A stretch of DNA of 64,000 bases from Lingula anatina (GCA_051362555.1 JBPQGU010000013.1:186001-250000), one strand, 5' to 3'; positions 9,194-21,842 are shown, numbered from the stretch's first letter. The notes: generated from the letters alone by a model not told the origin. Program-made: numbers and translations.

Positions 9194-11116
9194 ATGCCGT
9201 ACGGTAAAGGTAGCTGGAAAAAACGAAGAAAAAGTGTATTTGTGAAGGGACACAAGCTATACCATGCAAGACAGAAGTCTGACCAGCCTCCAGAGCCTAT
9301 TGTGAGAAGATACATCAGACCCAGCCAAGAGTTGTACCAGGCAGCCTCCTCTCCACCCCCTGTCGGGCCGCCAGCAACCCTCAGCAGCAACCCTGATGCA
9401 CCCGTCATCCTCAGACCTAGGAGGGCCCAGTCAGAGAGTTTGTCCAGCAGCCAGCCCCAACCCCCAGATGATGAATACAAGTTGGTTTCACCAGAAAAAA
9501 TTGTCAATCTGGTCAACAAAGTCTTGTCAGAGCATACAGCTGAGTGCACTGGCTCAATGGTTTGGGACAGAGAGGCAGAAAGCAAGTGGGGAGTGGCTTG
9601 GTCAATGGGACTAAAATGTGACACGTGTCAGTACAGGACAGGGAAACAGAAATTGTACAATGAAGTCGAGAGCAAGCAGCGTGGCAGGAGAGCAGCAACG
9701 GTGAATGCAGGCTTGCAAGTAGGCCTGTCACAAAACATGATCTCCAACACGGCCATGAGGCAGATTCTAATGGCGACCAATGTGACCCCGCCCAGTGCAT
9801 CATCCATGCAAAAGCAAGCAAATAAAGTCGGTGCTGCTATAACCAAGCTTAACAAAGCTGACATGCAACAGCGCCGTGAGAATCTACGCCGCATTCAAGA
9901 TCTGAGAGGGTGTGAAGGACAGCCCATAGCAGTGGAAGGAGATGGCAGATATAATAATAGTCTGTTTAGTGGAGGGAACAAAACACCATACCAGCCAGCC
10001 ACTCAGACTGTATACACCGTTGCAGAAAATGTAACCAGCAAAAAAGACATCATTGGTGTTTACACCGGAAACAAGTTATGCCACACAGCTCACCTGCTTA
10101 AAAGTAGAGGGGAAGATGTATCCTGTCCAGAGCACAGTGGTATCTGCACGGCGAATCTACGGGAAGACGACAGTATTGGAGACGAGAAACGTGCCATGCA
10201 GCAGATCCTCGAGGAAATTTCTGGAGAGGTCACAGTTGGTGCCTTGACCACTGATGGTGATAGCCGAGCCCACTCTGCATGTGATGATGTCGAAAGTCTT
10301 CGGGACACGCGCCACTTCAGTAAAGCTCTGAAAAAGCAAATTGAAAAAGCACCATTTTCCGGTCAAGTTTTCCCAGGGAAAACAAAGTACTCCAGAGACA
10401 AGATGCAGAAACGCTTTGCTCAGTGCATAGCAATGCGCTGTTATGCTGAATTCGATGCCTGCTATAAAGCAAATAAAGGGGACATAGAATTGATTAAAAG
10501 AGCACTGAGTTATGTCACTGACTCTATAATTAGTTGTTACAACGGTGATTGTGAAAACTGCTTAAAGTATTCTTATGTATGCAAAGGTGGCACGGAAACT
10601 ATTTTCCCTGAGAAAGGCAAACTAGACTTTAGCAACTCTGAAGATGTGCACATCTTAAGACAGTGCCTAAATTATAGACTGGGCCCAAGGGCAATTGAAT
10701 CAACAAAACTTAATACCAACACACAAAAAGTGGAGTCTTTAAACCGGACATTTCAGAAAACTAATAATAAAGTTGTCACCTTTTCACGGAACTTCGAAGG
10801 CAGGATTCACAGTGCAGTTCACTTGAGGAATAATGGACTTAAGCAATCCACTTTGTGTAAGATGGCCTCTGTTGGTGTTAGGCCCACTTCTTCAGTTGTT
10901 AAATATCTGGAGAAAGATGAAAAACAGATGAAAATGAGAGTAAATCACAAAAAGACAGTTGCATTTAAGTTAAGAGCTAGACAGAGAATCCTTAGCCGTT
11001 ACAGAAGATATGACAGATCTAAAGCATTGAAAAGTAATAATGACTACAGAAGATGCATATCTATGCCAAAACTTGTAATTCCTGATCATAGCTATTCAAA
11101 GAGAGCATGTAATTAA
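9194..11116 (+). CDS. Kolobok-type DDD/E transposase, copy 3
   Basis: Protein identical to copy 2 (frame open from 8930). Confidence 0.87.
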   Translation: MPYGKGSWKKRRKSVFVKGHKLYHARQKSDQPPEPIVRRYIRPSQELYQAASSPPPVGPPATLSSNPDAPVILRPRRAQSESLSSSQPQPPDDEYKLVSPEKIVNLVNKVLSEHTAECTGSMVWDREAESKWGVAWSMGLKCDTCQYRTGKQKLYNEVESKQRGRRAATVNAGLQVGLSQNMISNTAMRQILMATNVTPPSASSMQKQANKVGAAITKLNKADMQQRRENLRRIQDLRGCEGQPIAVEGDGRYNNSLFSGGNKTPYQPATQTVYTVAENVTSKKDIIGVYTGNKLCHTAHLLKSRGEDVSCPEHSGICTANLREDDSIGDEKRAMQQILEEISGEVTVGALTTDGDSRAHSACDDVESLRDTRHFSKALKKQIEKAPFSGQVFPGKTKYSRDKMQKRFAQCIAMRCYAEFDACYKANKGDIELIKRALSYVTDSIISCYNGDCENCLKYSYVCKGGTETIFPEKGKLDFSNSEDVHILRQCLNYRLGPRAIESTKLNTNTQKVESLNRTFQKTNNKVVTFSRNFEGRIHSAVHLRNNGLKQSTLCKMASVGVRPTSSVVKYLEKDEKQMKMRVNHKKTVAFKLRARQRILSRYRRYDRSKALKSNNDYRRCISMPKLVIPDHSYSKRACN

Positions 11117-11274
11117 AATAAAAATGTATGATTTTAAGATACTACTCTGTAATAAACTGGTTGTGAAATATGAAAAAAAGTTTGTTGGTCTTTCTTCTAG
11201 TCTTAAAACTTATAAATATAATTGAGAAATCTATAAATTAAGTAAATGTAAATTTAATAATAATAACAATAATA

Positions 11275-11640
11275 TTAATAATTATCATGTACACAATTTG
11301 GCCCCCGTCTGTGTCTGAGGCACCTGCCCACATTACGACAATGTAATCTGTTATTGTTGATTCATTGAGGCTCTGCTGTGAGATGATCGGGGTTACAGCA
11401 CAGACCGACTCCACACGGGTGGAATGTGTAAAACCCTCTCCTAAGCATAAATGCCACCCTGTGCACTCCAACAGTAACAGAGTGTCTAGCCCCAGGAAAT
11501 GTAACCCTCCATAACCCATAACGGGCCCCACTGGAACAACTGGTGCCCCCAGTCCACAGCCAACAGTATCCCTCCTGTGTGTTATGCAATTTTGCATGTA
11601 ATTTCGCAAGATATACATCCTAGAACTGGTCATTAGCCAT
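11275..11640 (-). pseudogene. His-Me finger endonuclease with two stops, copy 3
   Basis: Same sequence as 3851-4216. Confidence 0.85.
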
Positions 11641-11735
11641 TTTTTGTGTGAAATGATGCAAGAGCACCCTTTTATGGCCTGTGCTGCTCTAAATTTAGAA
11701 ACTAAGCCAAAAGTGAACAGTTGTCACTTTTCCTG

Positions 11736-11739
11736 TTCA
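11736..11739. other. Empty junction: LTDR absent, single TTCA
   Basis: CCTG-TTCA-CACAAACC; unit is 467 bp shorter than type A. Confidence 0.9.
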
Positions 11740-12438
11740 CACAAACCACCCCCCCTGTTCTTACCTTCTGACACCAAAAATTAAAACCTTAATACACTGC
11801 CAACTGCTCCGCCCAATATGACTGAGAACGGTCTCTTGATGACTGAGCCCTGTCAAGTTGAAAATGTGGTTGCTGTATCGGCCACTCTAGCCAACATTGC
11901 ACCTGGTGAGAAAGCATAATTTCATGAGTGATAAAAAGTTAAATGTACATTTCTGTGCCTGAATTTGTTTCAATTGTTTTGAAATTTGGACACCTTATGC
12001 TGGACAGGTGTGAAAATCTGAGATAAGCATCTTAACTGGTTGGGCCTAGTTTAAGTGCACTTTGTTGAGAAATAAAATGTGAAAAGTGGAAAATTACTAA
12101 TAAAAATATTTTAAAATATCTAAAAATTACTTAAACTCAAGTGCAAGGTTAATTGTCACAACTGTTGTTTATGTTTGTTTGTGTTTGTTGTGAGGATACA
12201 GGAAATGAGCTTCTTGTCCCTCCCTGCAGAACAATACTCACTGCTAAGCTGTATACCCCCCTCCTGCACTGGGGCCATGCAGTTTGCTGTTTACAGGAAA
12301 CCCCACTACCAATCACTGTTCATACCTTTTGTTGTAATGTATCCTGCTTTCCTGCACACCTGGGAGAGACAATGGGCAGCTGATGCTATAAAATGCCCTG
12401 TCTCTGCCTCTGGACTCAGAAGTCACTTTCTATCCACC

Positions 12439-14361
12439 ATGCCGTACGGTAAAGGTAGCTGGAAAAAACGAAGAAAAAGTGTATTTGTGAAGGGACACAA
12501 GCTATACCATGCAAGACAGAAGTCTGACCAGCCTCCAGAGCCTATTGTGAGAAGATACATCAGACCCAGCCAAGAGTTGTACCAGGCAGCCTCCTCTCCA
12601 CCCCCTGTCGGGCCGCCAGCAACCCTCAGCAGCAACCCTGATGCACCCGTCATCCTCAGACCTAGGAGGGCCCAGTCAGAGAGTTTGTCCAGCAGCCAGC
12701 CCCAACCCCCAGATGATGAATACAAGTTGGTTTCACCAGAAAAAATTGTCAATCTGGTCAACAAAGTCTTGTCAGAGCATACAGCTGAGTGCACTGGCTC
12801 AATGGTTTGGGACAGAGAGGCAGAAAGCAAGTGGGGAGTGGCTTGGTCAATGGGACTAAAATGTGACACGTGTCAGTACAGGACAGGGAAACAGAAATTG
12901 TACAATGAAGTCGAGAGCAAGCAGCGTGGCAGGAGAGCAGCAACGGTGAATGCAGGCTTGCAAGTAGGCCTGTCACAAAACATGATCTCCAACACGGCCA
13001 TGAGGCAGATTCTAATGGCGACCAATGTGACCCCGCCCAGTGCATCATCCATGCAAAAGCAAGCAAATAAAGTCGGTGCTGCTATAACCAAGCTTAACAA
13101 AGCTGACATGCAACAGCGCCGTGAGAATCTACGCCGCATTCAAGATCTGAGAGGGTGTGAAGGACAGCCCATAGCAGTGGAAGGAGATGGCAGATATAAT
13201 AATAGTCTGTTTAGTGGAGGGAACAAAACACCATACCAGCCAGCCACTCAGACTGTATACACCGTTGCAGAAAATGTAACCAGCAAAAAAGACATCATTG
13301 GTGTTTACACCGGAAACAAGTTATGCCACACAGCTCACCTGCTTAAAAGTAGAGGGGAAGATGTATCCTGTCCAGAGCACAGTGGTATCTGCACGGCGAA
13401 TCTACGGGAAGACGACAGTATTGGAGACGAGAAACGTGCCATGCAGCAGATCCTCGAGGAAATTTCTGGAGAGGTCACAGTTGGTGCCTTGACCACTGAT
13501 GGTGATAGCCGAGCCCACTCTGCATGTGATGATGTCGAAAGTCTTCGGGACACGCGCCACTTCAGTAAAGCTCTGAAAAAGCAAATTGAAAAAGCACCAT
13601 TTTCCGGTCAAGTTTTCCCAGGGAAAACAAAGTACTCCAGAGACAAGATGCAGAAACGCTTTGCTCAGTGCATAGCAATGCGCTGTTATGCTGAATTCGA
13701 TGCCTGCTATAAAGCAAATAAAGGGGACATAGAATTGATTAAAAGAGCACTGAGTTATGTCACTGACTCTATAATTAGTTGTTACAACGGTGATTGTGAA
13801 AACTGCTTAAAGTATTCTTATGTATGCAAAGGTGGCACGGAAACTATTTTCCCTGAGAAAGGCAAACTAGACTTTAGCAACTCTGAAGATGTGCACATCT
13901 TAAGACAGTGCCTAAATTATAGACTGGGCCCAAGGGCAATTGAATCAACAAAACTTAATACCAACACACAAAAAGTGGAGTCTTTAAACCGGACATTTCA
14001 GAAAACTAATAATAAAGTTGTCACCTTTTCACGGAACTTCGAAGGCAGGATTCACAGTGCAGTTCACTTGAGGAATAATGGACTTAAGCAATCCACTTTG
14101 TGTAAGATGGCCTCTGTTGGTGTTAGGCCCACTTCTTCAGTTGTTAAATATCTGGAGAAAGATGAAAAACAGATGAAAATGAGAGTAAATCACAAAAAGA
14201 CAGTTGCATTTAAGTTAAGAGCTAGACAGAGAATCCTTAGCCGTTACAGAAGATATGACAGATCTAAAGCATTGAAAAGTAATAATGACTACAGAAGATG
14301 CATATCTATGCCAAAACTTGTAATTCCTGATCATAGCTATTCAAAGAGAGCATGTAATTAA
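12439..14361 (+). CDS. Kolobok-type DDD/E transposase, copy 4
   Basis: Protein identical to copy 2 (frame open from 12175). Confidence 0.87.
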   Translation: MPYGKGSWKKRRKSVFVKGHKLYHARQKSDQPPEPIVRRYIRPSQELYQAASSPPPVGPPATLSSNPDAPVILRPRRAQSESLSSSQPQPPDDEYKLVSPEKIVNLVNKVLSEHTAECTGSMVWDREAESKWGVAWSMGLKCDTCQYRTGKQKLYNEVESKQRGRRAATVNAGLQVGLSQNMISNTAMRQILMATNVTPPSASSMQKQANKVGAAITKLNKADMQQRRENLRRIQDLRGCEGQPIAVEGDGRYNNSLFSGGNKTPYQPATQTVYTVAENVTSKKDIIGVYTGNKLCHTAHLLKSRGEDVSCPEHSGICTANLREDDSIGDEKRAMQQILEEISGEVTVGALTTDGDSRAHSACDDVESLRDTRHFSKALKKQIEKAPFSGQVFPGKTKYSRDKMQKRFAQCIAMRCYAEFDACYKANKGDIELIKRALSYVTDSIISCYNGDCENCLKYSYVCKGGTETIFPEKGKLDFSNSEDVHILRQCLNYRLGPRAIESTKLNTNTQKVESLNRTFQKTNNKVVTFSRNFEGRIHSAVHLRNNGLKQSTLCKMASVGVRPTSSVVKYLEKDEKQMKMRVNHKKTVAFKLRARQRILSRYRRYDRSKALKSNNDYRRCISMPKLVIPDHSYSKRACN

Positions 14362-14519
14362 AATAAAAATGTATGATTTTAAGATACTACTCTGTAATAA
14401 ACTGGTTGTGAAATATGAAAAAAAGTTTGTTGGTCTTTCTTCTAGTCTTAAAACTTATAAATATAATTGAGAAATCTATAAATTAAGTAAATGTAAATTT
14501 AATAATAATAACAATAATA

Positions 14520-14885
14520 TTAATAATTATCATGTACACAATTTGGCCCCCGTCTGTGTCTGAGGCACCTGCCCACATTACGACAATGTAATCTGTTATT
14601 GTTGATTCATTGAGGCTCTGCTGTGAGATGATCGGGGTTACAGCACAGACCGACTCCACACGGGTGGAATGTGTAAAACCCTCTCCTAAGCATAAATGCC
14701 ACCCTGTGCACTCCAACAGTAACAGAGTGTCTAGCCCCAGGAAATGTAACCCTCCATAACCCATAACGGGCCCCACTGGAACAACTGGTGCCCCCAGTCC
14801 ACAGCCAACAGTATCCCTCCTGTGTGTTATGCAATTTTGCATGTAATTTCGCAAGATATACATCCTAGAACTGGTCATTAGCCAT
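14520..14885 (-). pseudogene. His-Me finger endonuclease with two stops, copy 4
   Basis: Same sequence as 3851-4216. Confidence 0.85.
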
Positions 14886-14984
14886 TTTTTGTGTGAAATG
14901 ATGCAAGAGCACCCTTTTATGGCCTGTGCTGCTCTAAATTTAGAAACTAAGCCAAAAGTGAACAGTTGTCACTTTTCCTGTTCA

Positions 14985-15442
14985 GGGGAGAAACCACCAA
15001 AATATTTCCCATTGACGACCATACTAAGAAATGCCTGCAAAACTGCATAAAGAAAATAACTCTGGGAAACATTTCCCATCTCCATGGACAGCAGACACAC
15101 TGACATAACTCCAAATGGCAAAAAAATATACTGTCATCAACTCCGCTGTCTTACCGGCATCACTTGAACATGTGCACCCCTCTGTTTGTAAACAAACCAC
15201 TGCACCACTCACAGTCAGTAGACCCTTCCGCCAGAGGTCTCACGACTGCACTGCACCTGTGCCTGGTCCTGAAAAAAAAACTGGCAGTAGTTAACACCCT
15301 ACTCTGCTAGTTGATACCAAAATTAACCCTAGCAACACACAAGAAATGCCAGGAAAAAAATGGAAAAAAGCACTCATTTTTTCTCACTGAACTATATTCG
15401 TCTATAACAGGTGCTGATTGGTTGATTTGGAGGTTTCTGCCC
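14985..15442. mobile_element. 458-bp LTDR module, junction type A
   Basis: TTCA|GGGG...GCCC|TGAGATTCA. Confidence 0.88.
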
Positions 15443-16150
15443 TGAGATTCACACAAACCACCCCCCCTGTTCTTACCTTCTGACACCAAAAATTAAAACC
15501 TTAATACACTGCCAACTGCTCCGCCCAATATGACTGAGAACGGTCTCTTGATGACTGAGCCCTGTCAAGTTGAAAATGTGGTTGCTGTATCGGCCACTCT
15601 AGCCAACATTGCACCTGGTGAGAAAGCATAATTTCATGAGTGATAAAAAGTTAAATGTACATTTCTGTGCCTGAATTTGTTTCAATTGTTTTGAAATTTG
15701 GACACCTTATGCTGGACAGGTGTGAAAATCTGAGATAAGCATCTTAACTGGTTGGGCCTAGTTTAAGTGCACTTTGTTGAGAAATAAAATGTGAAAAGTG
15801 GAAAATTACTAATAAAAATATTTTAAAATATCTAAAAATTACTTAAACTCAAGTGCAAGGTTAATTGTCACAACTGTTGTTTATGTTTGTTTGTGTTTGT
15901 TGTGAGGATACAGGAAATGAGCTTCTTGTCCCTCCCTGCAGAACAATACTCACTGCTAAGCTGTATACCCCCCTCCTGCACTGGGGCCATGCAGTTTGCT
16001 GTTTACAGGAAACCCCACTACCAATCACTGTTCATACCTTTTGTTGTAATGTATCCTGCTTTCCTGCACACCTGGGAGAGACAATGGGCAGCTGATGCTA
16101 TAAAATGCCCTGTCTCTGCCTCTGGACTCAGAAGTCACTTTCTATCCACC

Positions 16151-18073
16151 ATGCCGTACGGTAAAGGTAGCTGGAAAAAACGAAGAAAAAGTGTATTTGT
16201 GAAGGGACACAAGCTATACCATGCAAGACAGAAGTCTGACCAGCCTCCAGAGCCTATTGTGAGAAGATACATCAGACCCAGCCAAGAGTTGTACCAGGCA
16301 GCCTCCTCTCCACCCCCTGTCGGGCCGCCAGCAACCCTCAGCAGCAACCCTGATGCACCCGTCATCCTCAGACCTAGGAGGGCCCAGTCAGAGAGTTTGT
16401 CCAGCAGCCAGCCCCAACCCCCAGATGATGAATACAAGTTGGTTTCACCAGAAAAAATTGTCAATCTGGTCAACAAAGTCTTGTCAGAGCATACAGCTGA
16501 GTGCACTGGCTCAATGGTTTGGGACAGAGAGGCAGAAAGCAAGTGGGGAGTGGCTTGGTCAATGGGACTAAAATGTGACACGTGTCAGTACAGGACAGGG
16601 AAACAGAAATTGTACAATGAAGTCGAGAGCAAGCAGCGTGGCAGGAGAGCAGCAACGGTGAATGCAGGCTTGCAAGTAGGCCTGTCACAAAACATGATCT
16701 CCAACACGGCCATGAGGCAGATTCTAATGGCGACCAATGTGACCCCGCCCAGTGCATCATCCATGCAAAAGCAAGCAAATAAAGTCGGTGCTGCTATAAC
16801 CAAGCTTAACAAAGCTGACATGCAACAGCGCCGTGAGAATCTACGCCGCATTCAAGATCTGAGAGGGTGTGAAGGACAGCCCATAGCAGTGGAAGGAGAT
16901 GGCAGATATAATAATAGTCTGTTTAGTGGAGGGAACAAAACACCATACCAGCCAGCCACTCAGACTGTATACACCGTTGCAGAAAATGTAACCAGCAAAA
17001 AAGACATCATTGGTGTTTACACCGGAAACAAGTTATGCCACACAGCTCACCTGCTTAAAAGTAGAGGGGAAGATGTATCCTGTCCAGAGCACAGTGGTAT
17101 CTGCACGGCGAATCTACGGGAAGACGACAGTATTGGAGACGAGAAACATGCCATGCAGCAGATCCTCGAGGAAATTTCTGGAGAGGTCACAGTTGGTGCC
17201 TTGACCACTGATGGTGATAGCCGAGCCCACTCTGCATGTGATGATGTCGAAAGTCTTCGGGACACGCGCCACTTCAGTAAAGCTCTGAAAAAGCAAATTG
17301 AAAAAGCACCATTTTCCGGTCAAGTTTTCCCAGGGAAAACAAAGTACTCCAGAGACAAGATGCAGAAACGCTTTGCTCAGTGCATAGCAATGCGCTGTTA
17401 TGCTGAATTCGATGCCTGCTATAAAGCAAATAAAGGGGACATAGAATTGATTAAAAGAGCACTGAGTTATGTCACTGACTCTATAATTAGTTGTTACAAC
17501 GGTGATTGTGAAAACTGCTTAAAGTATTCTTATGTATGCAAAGGTGGCACGGAAACTATTTTCCCTGAGAAAGGCAAACTAGACTTTAGCAACTCTGAAG
17601 ATGTGCACATCTTAAGACAGTGCCTAAATTATAGACTGGGCCCAAGGGCAATTGAATCAACAAAACTTAATACCAACACACAAAAAGTGGAGTCTTTAAA
17701 CCGGACATTTCAGAAAACTAATAATAAAGTTGTCACCTTTTCACGGAACTTCGAAGGCAGGATTCACAGTGCAGTTCACTTGAGGAATAATGGACTTAAG
17801 CAATCCACTTTGTGTAAGATGGCCTCTGTTGGTGTTAGGCCCACTTCTTCAGTTGTTAAATATCTGGAGAAAGATGAAAAACAGATGAAAATGAGAGTAA
17901 ATCACAAAAAGACAGTTGCATTTAAGTTAAGAGCTAGACAGAGAATCCTTAGCCGTTACAGAAGATATGACAGATCTAAAGCATTGAAAAGTAATAATGA
18001 CTACAGAAGATGCATATCTATGCCAAAACTTGTAATTCCTGATCATAGCTATTCAAAGAGAGCATGTAATTAA
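16151..18073 (+). CDS. Kolobok-type DDD/E transposase, copy 5 (one R-to-H substitution)
   Basis: Identical except CGT>CAT at 17148 (GDEKHA versus GDEKRA). Confidence 0.87.
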   Translation: MPYGKGSWKKRRKSVFVKGHKLYHARQKSDQPPEPIVRRYIRPSQELYQAASSPPPVGPPATLSSNPDAPVILRPRRAQSESLSSSQPQPPDDEYKLVSPEKIVNLVNKVLSEHTAECTGSMVWDREAESKWGVAWSMGLKCDTCQYRTGKQKLYNEVESKQRGRRAATVNAGLQVGLSQNMISNTAMRQILMATNVTPPSASSMQKQANKVGAAITKLNKADMQQRRENLRRIQDLRGCEGQPIAVEGDGRYNNSLFSGGNKTPYQPATQTVYTVAENVTSKKDIIGVYTGNKLCHTAHLLKSRGEDVSCPEHSGICTANLREDDSIGDEKHAMQQILEEISGEVTVGALTTDGDSRAHSACDDVESLRDTRHFSKALKKQIEKAPFSGQVFPGKTKYSRDKMQKRFAQCIAMRCYAEFDACYKANKGDIELIKRALSYVTDSIISCYNGDCENCLKYSYVCKGGTETIFPEKGKLDFSNSEDVHILRQCLNYRLGPRAIESTKLNTNTQKVESLNRTFQKTNNKVVTFSRNFEGRIHSAVHLRNNGLKQSTLCKMASVGVRPTSSVVKYLEKDEKQMKMRVNHKKTVAFKLRARQRILSRYRRYDRSKALKSNNDYRRCISMPKLVIPDHSYSKRACN

Positions 18074-18231
18074 AATAAAAATGTATGATTTTAAGATACT
18101 ACTCTGTAATAAACTGGTTGTGAAATATGAAAAAAAGTTTGTTGGTCTTTCTTCTAGTCTTAAAACTTATAAATATAATTGAGAAATCTATAAATTAAGT
18201 AAATGTAAATTTAATAATAATAACAATAATA

Positions 18232-18597
18232 TTAATAATTATCATGTACACAATTTGGCCCCCGTCTGTGTCTGAGGCACCTGCCCACATTACGACAATG
18301 TAATCTGTTATTGTTGATTCATTGAGGCTCTGCTGTGAGATGATCGGGGTTACAGCACAGACCGACTCCACACGGGTGGAATGTGTAAAACCCTCTCCTA
18401 AGCATAAATGCCACCCTGTGCACTCCAACAGTAACAGAGTGTCTAGCCCCAGGAAATGTAACCCTCCATAACCCATAACGGGCCCCACTGGAACAACTGG
18501 TGCCCCCAGTCCACAGCCAACAGTATCCCTCCTGTGTGTTATGCAATTTTGCATGTAATTTCGCAAGATATACATCCTAGAACTGGTCATTAGCCAT
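18232..18597 (-). pseudogene. His-Me finger endonuclease with two stops, copy 5
   Basis: Same sequence as 3851-4216. Confidence 0.85.
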
Positions 18598-18692
18598 TTT
18601 TTGTGTGAAATGATGCAAGAGCACCCTTTTATGGCCTGTGCTGCTCTAAATTTAGAAACTAAGCCAAAAGTGAACAGTTGTCACTTTTCCTG

Positions 18693-18696
18693 TTCA
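18693..18696. other. Empty junction: LTDR absent, single TTCA
   Basis: CCTG-TTCA-CACAAACC. Confidence 0.9.
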
Positions 18697-19395
18697 CACA
18701 AACCACCCCCCCTGTTCTTACCTTCTGACACCAAAAATTAAAACCTTAATACACTGCCAACTGCTCCGCCCAATATGACTGAGAACGGTCTCTTGATGAC
18801 TGAGCCCTGTCAAGTTGAAAATGTGGTTGCTGTATCGGCCACTCTAGCCAACATTGCACCTGGTGAGAAAGCATAATTTCATGAGTGATAAAAAGTTAAA
18901 TGTACATTTCTGTGCCTGAATTTGTTTCAATTGTTTTGAAATTTGGACACCTTATGCTGGACAGGTGTGAAAATCTGAGATAAGCATCTTAACTGGTTGG
19001 GCCTAGTTTAAGTGCACTTTGTTGAGAAATAAAATGTGAAAAGTGGAAAATTACTAATAAAAATATTTTAAAATATCTAAAAATTACTTAAACTCAAGTG
19101 CAAGGTTAATTGTCACAACTGTTGTTTATGTTTGTTTGTGTTTGTTGTGAGGATACAGGAAATGAGCTTCTTGTCCCTCCCTGCAGAACAATACTCACTG
19201 CTAAGCTGTATACCCCCCTCCTGCACTGGGGCCATGCAGTTTGCTGTTTACAGGAAACCCCACTACCAATCACTGTTCATACCTTTTGTTGTAATGTATC
19301 CTGCTTTCCTGCACACCTGGGAGAGACAATGGGCAGCTGATGCTATAAAATGCCCTGTCTCTGCCTCTGGACTCAGAAGTCACTTTCTATCCACC

Positions 19396-21318
19396 ATGCC
19401 GTACGGTAAAGGTAGCTGGAAAAAACGAAGAAAAAGTGTATTTGTGAAGGGACACAAGCTATACCATGCAAGACAGAAGTCTGACCAGCCTCCAGAGCCT
19501 ATTGTGAGAAGATACATCAGACCCAGCCAAGAGTTGTACCAGGCAGCCTCCTCTCCACCCCCTGTCGGGCCGCCAGCAACCCTCAGCAGCAACCCTGATG
19601 CACCCGTCATCCTCAGACCTAGGAGGGCCCAGTCAGAGAGTTTGTCCAGCAGCCAGCCCCAACCCCCAGATGATGAATACAAGTTGGTTTCACCAGAAAA
19701 AATTGTCAATCTGGTCAACAAAGTCTTGTCAGAGCATACAGCTGAGTGCACTGGCTCAATGGTTTGGGACAGAGAGGCAGAAAGCAAGTGGGGAGTGGCT
19801 TGGTCAATGGGACTAAAATGTGACACGTGTCAGTACAGGACAGGGAAACAGAAATTGTACAATGAAGTCGAGAGCAAGCAGCGTGGCAGGAGAGCAGCAA
19901 CGGTGAATGCAGGCTTGCAAGTAGGCCTGTCACAAAACATGATCTCCAACACGGCCATGAGGCAGATTCTAATGGCGACCAATGTGACCCCGCCCAGTGC
20001 ATCATCCATGCAAAAGCAAGCAAATAAAGTCGGTGCTGCTATAACCAAGCTTAACAAAGCTGACATGCAACAGCGCCGTGAGAATCTACGCCGCATTCAA
20101 GATCTGAGAGGGTGTGAAGGACAGCCCATAGCAGTGGAAGGAGATGGCAGATATAATAATAGTCTGTTTAGTGGAGGGAACAAAACACCATACCAGCCAG
20201 CCACTCAGACTGTATACACCGTTGCAGAAAATGTAACCAGCAAAAAAGACATCATTGGTGTTTACACCGGAAACAAGTTATGCCACACAGCTCACCTGCT
20301 TAAAAGTAGAGGGGAAGATGTATCCTGTCCAGAGCACAGTGGTATCTGCACGGCGAATCTACGGGAAGACGACAGTATTGGAGACGAGAAACGTGCCATG
20401 CAGCAGATCCTCGAGGAAATTTCTGGAGAGGTCACAGTTGGTGCCTTGACCACTGATGGTGATAGCCGAGCCCACTCTGCATGTGATGATGTCGAAAGTC
20501 TTCGGGACACGCGCCACTTCAGTAAAGCTCTGAAAAAGCAAATTGAAAAAGCACCATTTTCCGGTCAAGTTTTCCCAGGGAAAACAAAGTACTCCAGAGA
20601 CAAGATGCAGAAACGCTTTGCTCAGTGCATAGCAATGCGCTGTTATGCTGAATTCGATGCCTGCTATAAAGCAAATAAAGGGGACATAGAATTGATTAAA
20701 AGAGCACTGAGTTATGTCACTGACTCTATAATTAGTTGTTACAACGGTGATTGTGAAAACTGCTTAAAGTATTCTTATGTATGCAAAGGTGGCACGGAAA
20801 CTATTTTCCCTGAGAAAGGCAAACTAGACTTTAGCAACTCTGAAGATGTGCACATCTTAAGACAGTGCCTAAATTATAGACTGGGCCCAAGGGCAATTGA
20901 ATCAACAAAACTTAATACCAACACACAAAAAGTGGAGTCTTTAAACCGGACATTTCAGAAAACTAATAATAAAGTTGTCACCTTTTCACGGAACTTCGAA
21001 GGCAGGATTCACAGTGCAGTTCACTTGAGGAATAATGGACTTAAGCAATCCACTTTGTGTAAGATGGCCTCTGTTGGTGTTAGGCCCACTTCTTCAGTTG
21101 TTAAATATCTGGAGAAAGATGAAAAACAGATGAAAATGAGAGTAAATCACAAAAAGACAGTTGCATTTAAGTTAAGAGCTAGACAGAGAATCCTTAGCCG
21201 TTACAGAAGATATGACAGATCTAAAGCATTGAAAAGTAATAATGACTACAGAAGATGCATATCTATGCCAAAACTTGTAATTCCTGATCATAGCTATTCA
21301 AAGAGAGCATGTAATTAA
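19396..21318 (+). CDS. Kolobok-type DDD/E transposase, copy 6
   Basis: Protein identical to copy 2 (frame open from 19132). Confidence 0.87.
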   Translation: MPYGKGSWKKRRKSVFVKGHKLYHARQKSDQPPEPIVRRYIRPSQELYQAASSPPPVGPPATLSSNPDAPVILRPRRAQSESLSSSQPQPPDDEYKLVSPEKIVNLVNKVLSEHTAECTGSMVWDREAESKWGVAWSMGLKCDTCQYRTGKQKLYNEVESKQRGRRAATVNAGLQVGLSQNMISNTAMRQILMATNVTPPSASSMQKQANKVGAAITKLNKADMQQRRENLRRIQDLRGCEGQPIAVEGDGRYNNSLFSGGNKTPYQPATQTVYTVAENVTSKKDIIGVYTGNKLCHTAHLLKSRGEDVSCPEHSGICTANLREDDSIGDEKRAMQQILEEISGEVTVGALTTDGDSRAHSACDDVESLRDTRHFSKALKKQIEKAPFSGQVFPGKTKYSRDKMQKRFAQCIAMRCYAEFDACYKANKGDIELIKRALSYVTDSIISCYNGDCENCLKYSYVCKGGTETIFPEKGKLDFSNSEDVHILRQCLNYRLGPRAIESTKLNTNTQKVESLNRTFQKTNNKVVTFSRNFEGRIHSAVHLRNNGLKQSTLCKMASVGVRPTSSVVKYLEKDEKQMKMRVNHKKTVAFKLRARQRILSRYRRYDRSKALKSNNDYRRCISMPKLVIPDHSYSKRACN

Positions 21319-21476
21319 AATAAAAATGTATGATTTTAAGATACTACTCTGTAATAAACTGGTTGTGAAATATGAAAAAAAGTTTGTTGGTCTTTCTTCT
21401 AGTCTTAAAACTTATAAATATAATTGAGAAATCTATAAATTAAGTAAATGTAAATTTAATAATAATAACAATAATA

Positions 21477-21842
21477 TTAATAATTATCATGTACACAATT
21501 TGGCCCCCGTCTGTGTCTGAGGCACCTGCCCACATTACGACAATGTAATCTGTTATTGTTGATTCATTGAGGCTCTGCTGTGAGATGATCGGGGTTACAG
21601 CACAGACCGACTCCACACGGGTGGAATGTGTAAAACCCTCTCCTAAGCATAAATGCCACCCTGTGCACTCCAACAGTAACAGAGTGTCTAGCCCCAGGAA
21701 ATGTAACCCTCCATAACCCATAACGGGCCCCACTGGAACAACTGGTGCCCCCAGTCCACAGCCAACAGTATCCCTCCTGTGTGTTATGCAATTTTGCATG
21801 TAATTTCGCAAGATATACATCCTAGAACTGGTCATTAGCCAT
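21477..21842 (-). pseudogene. His-Me finger endonuclease with two stops, copy 6
   Basis: Same sequence as 3851-4216. Confidence 0.85.
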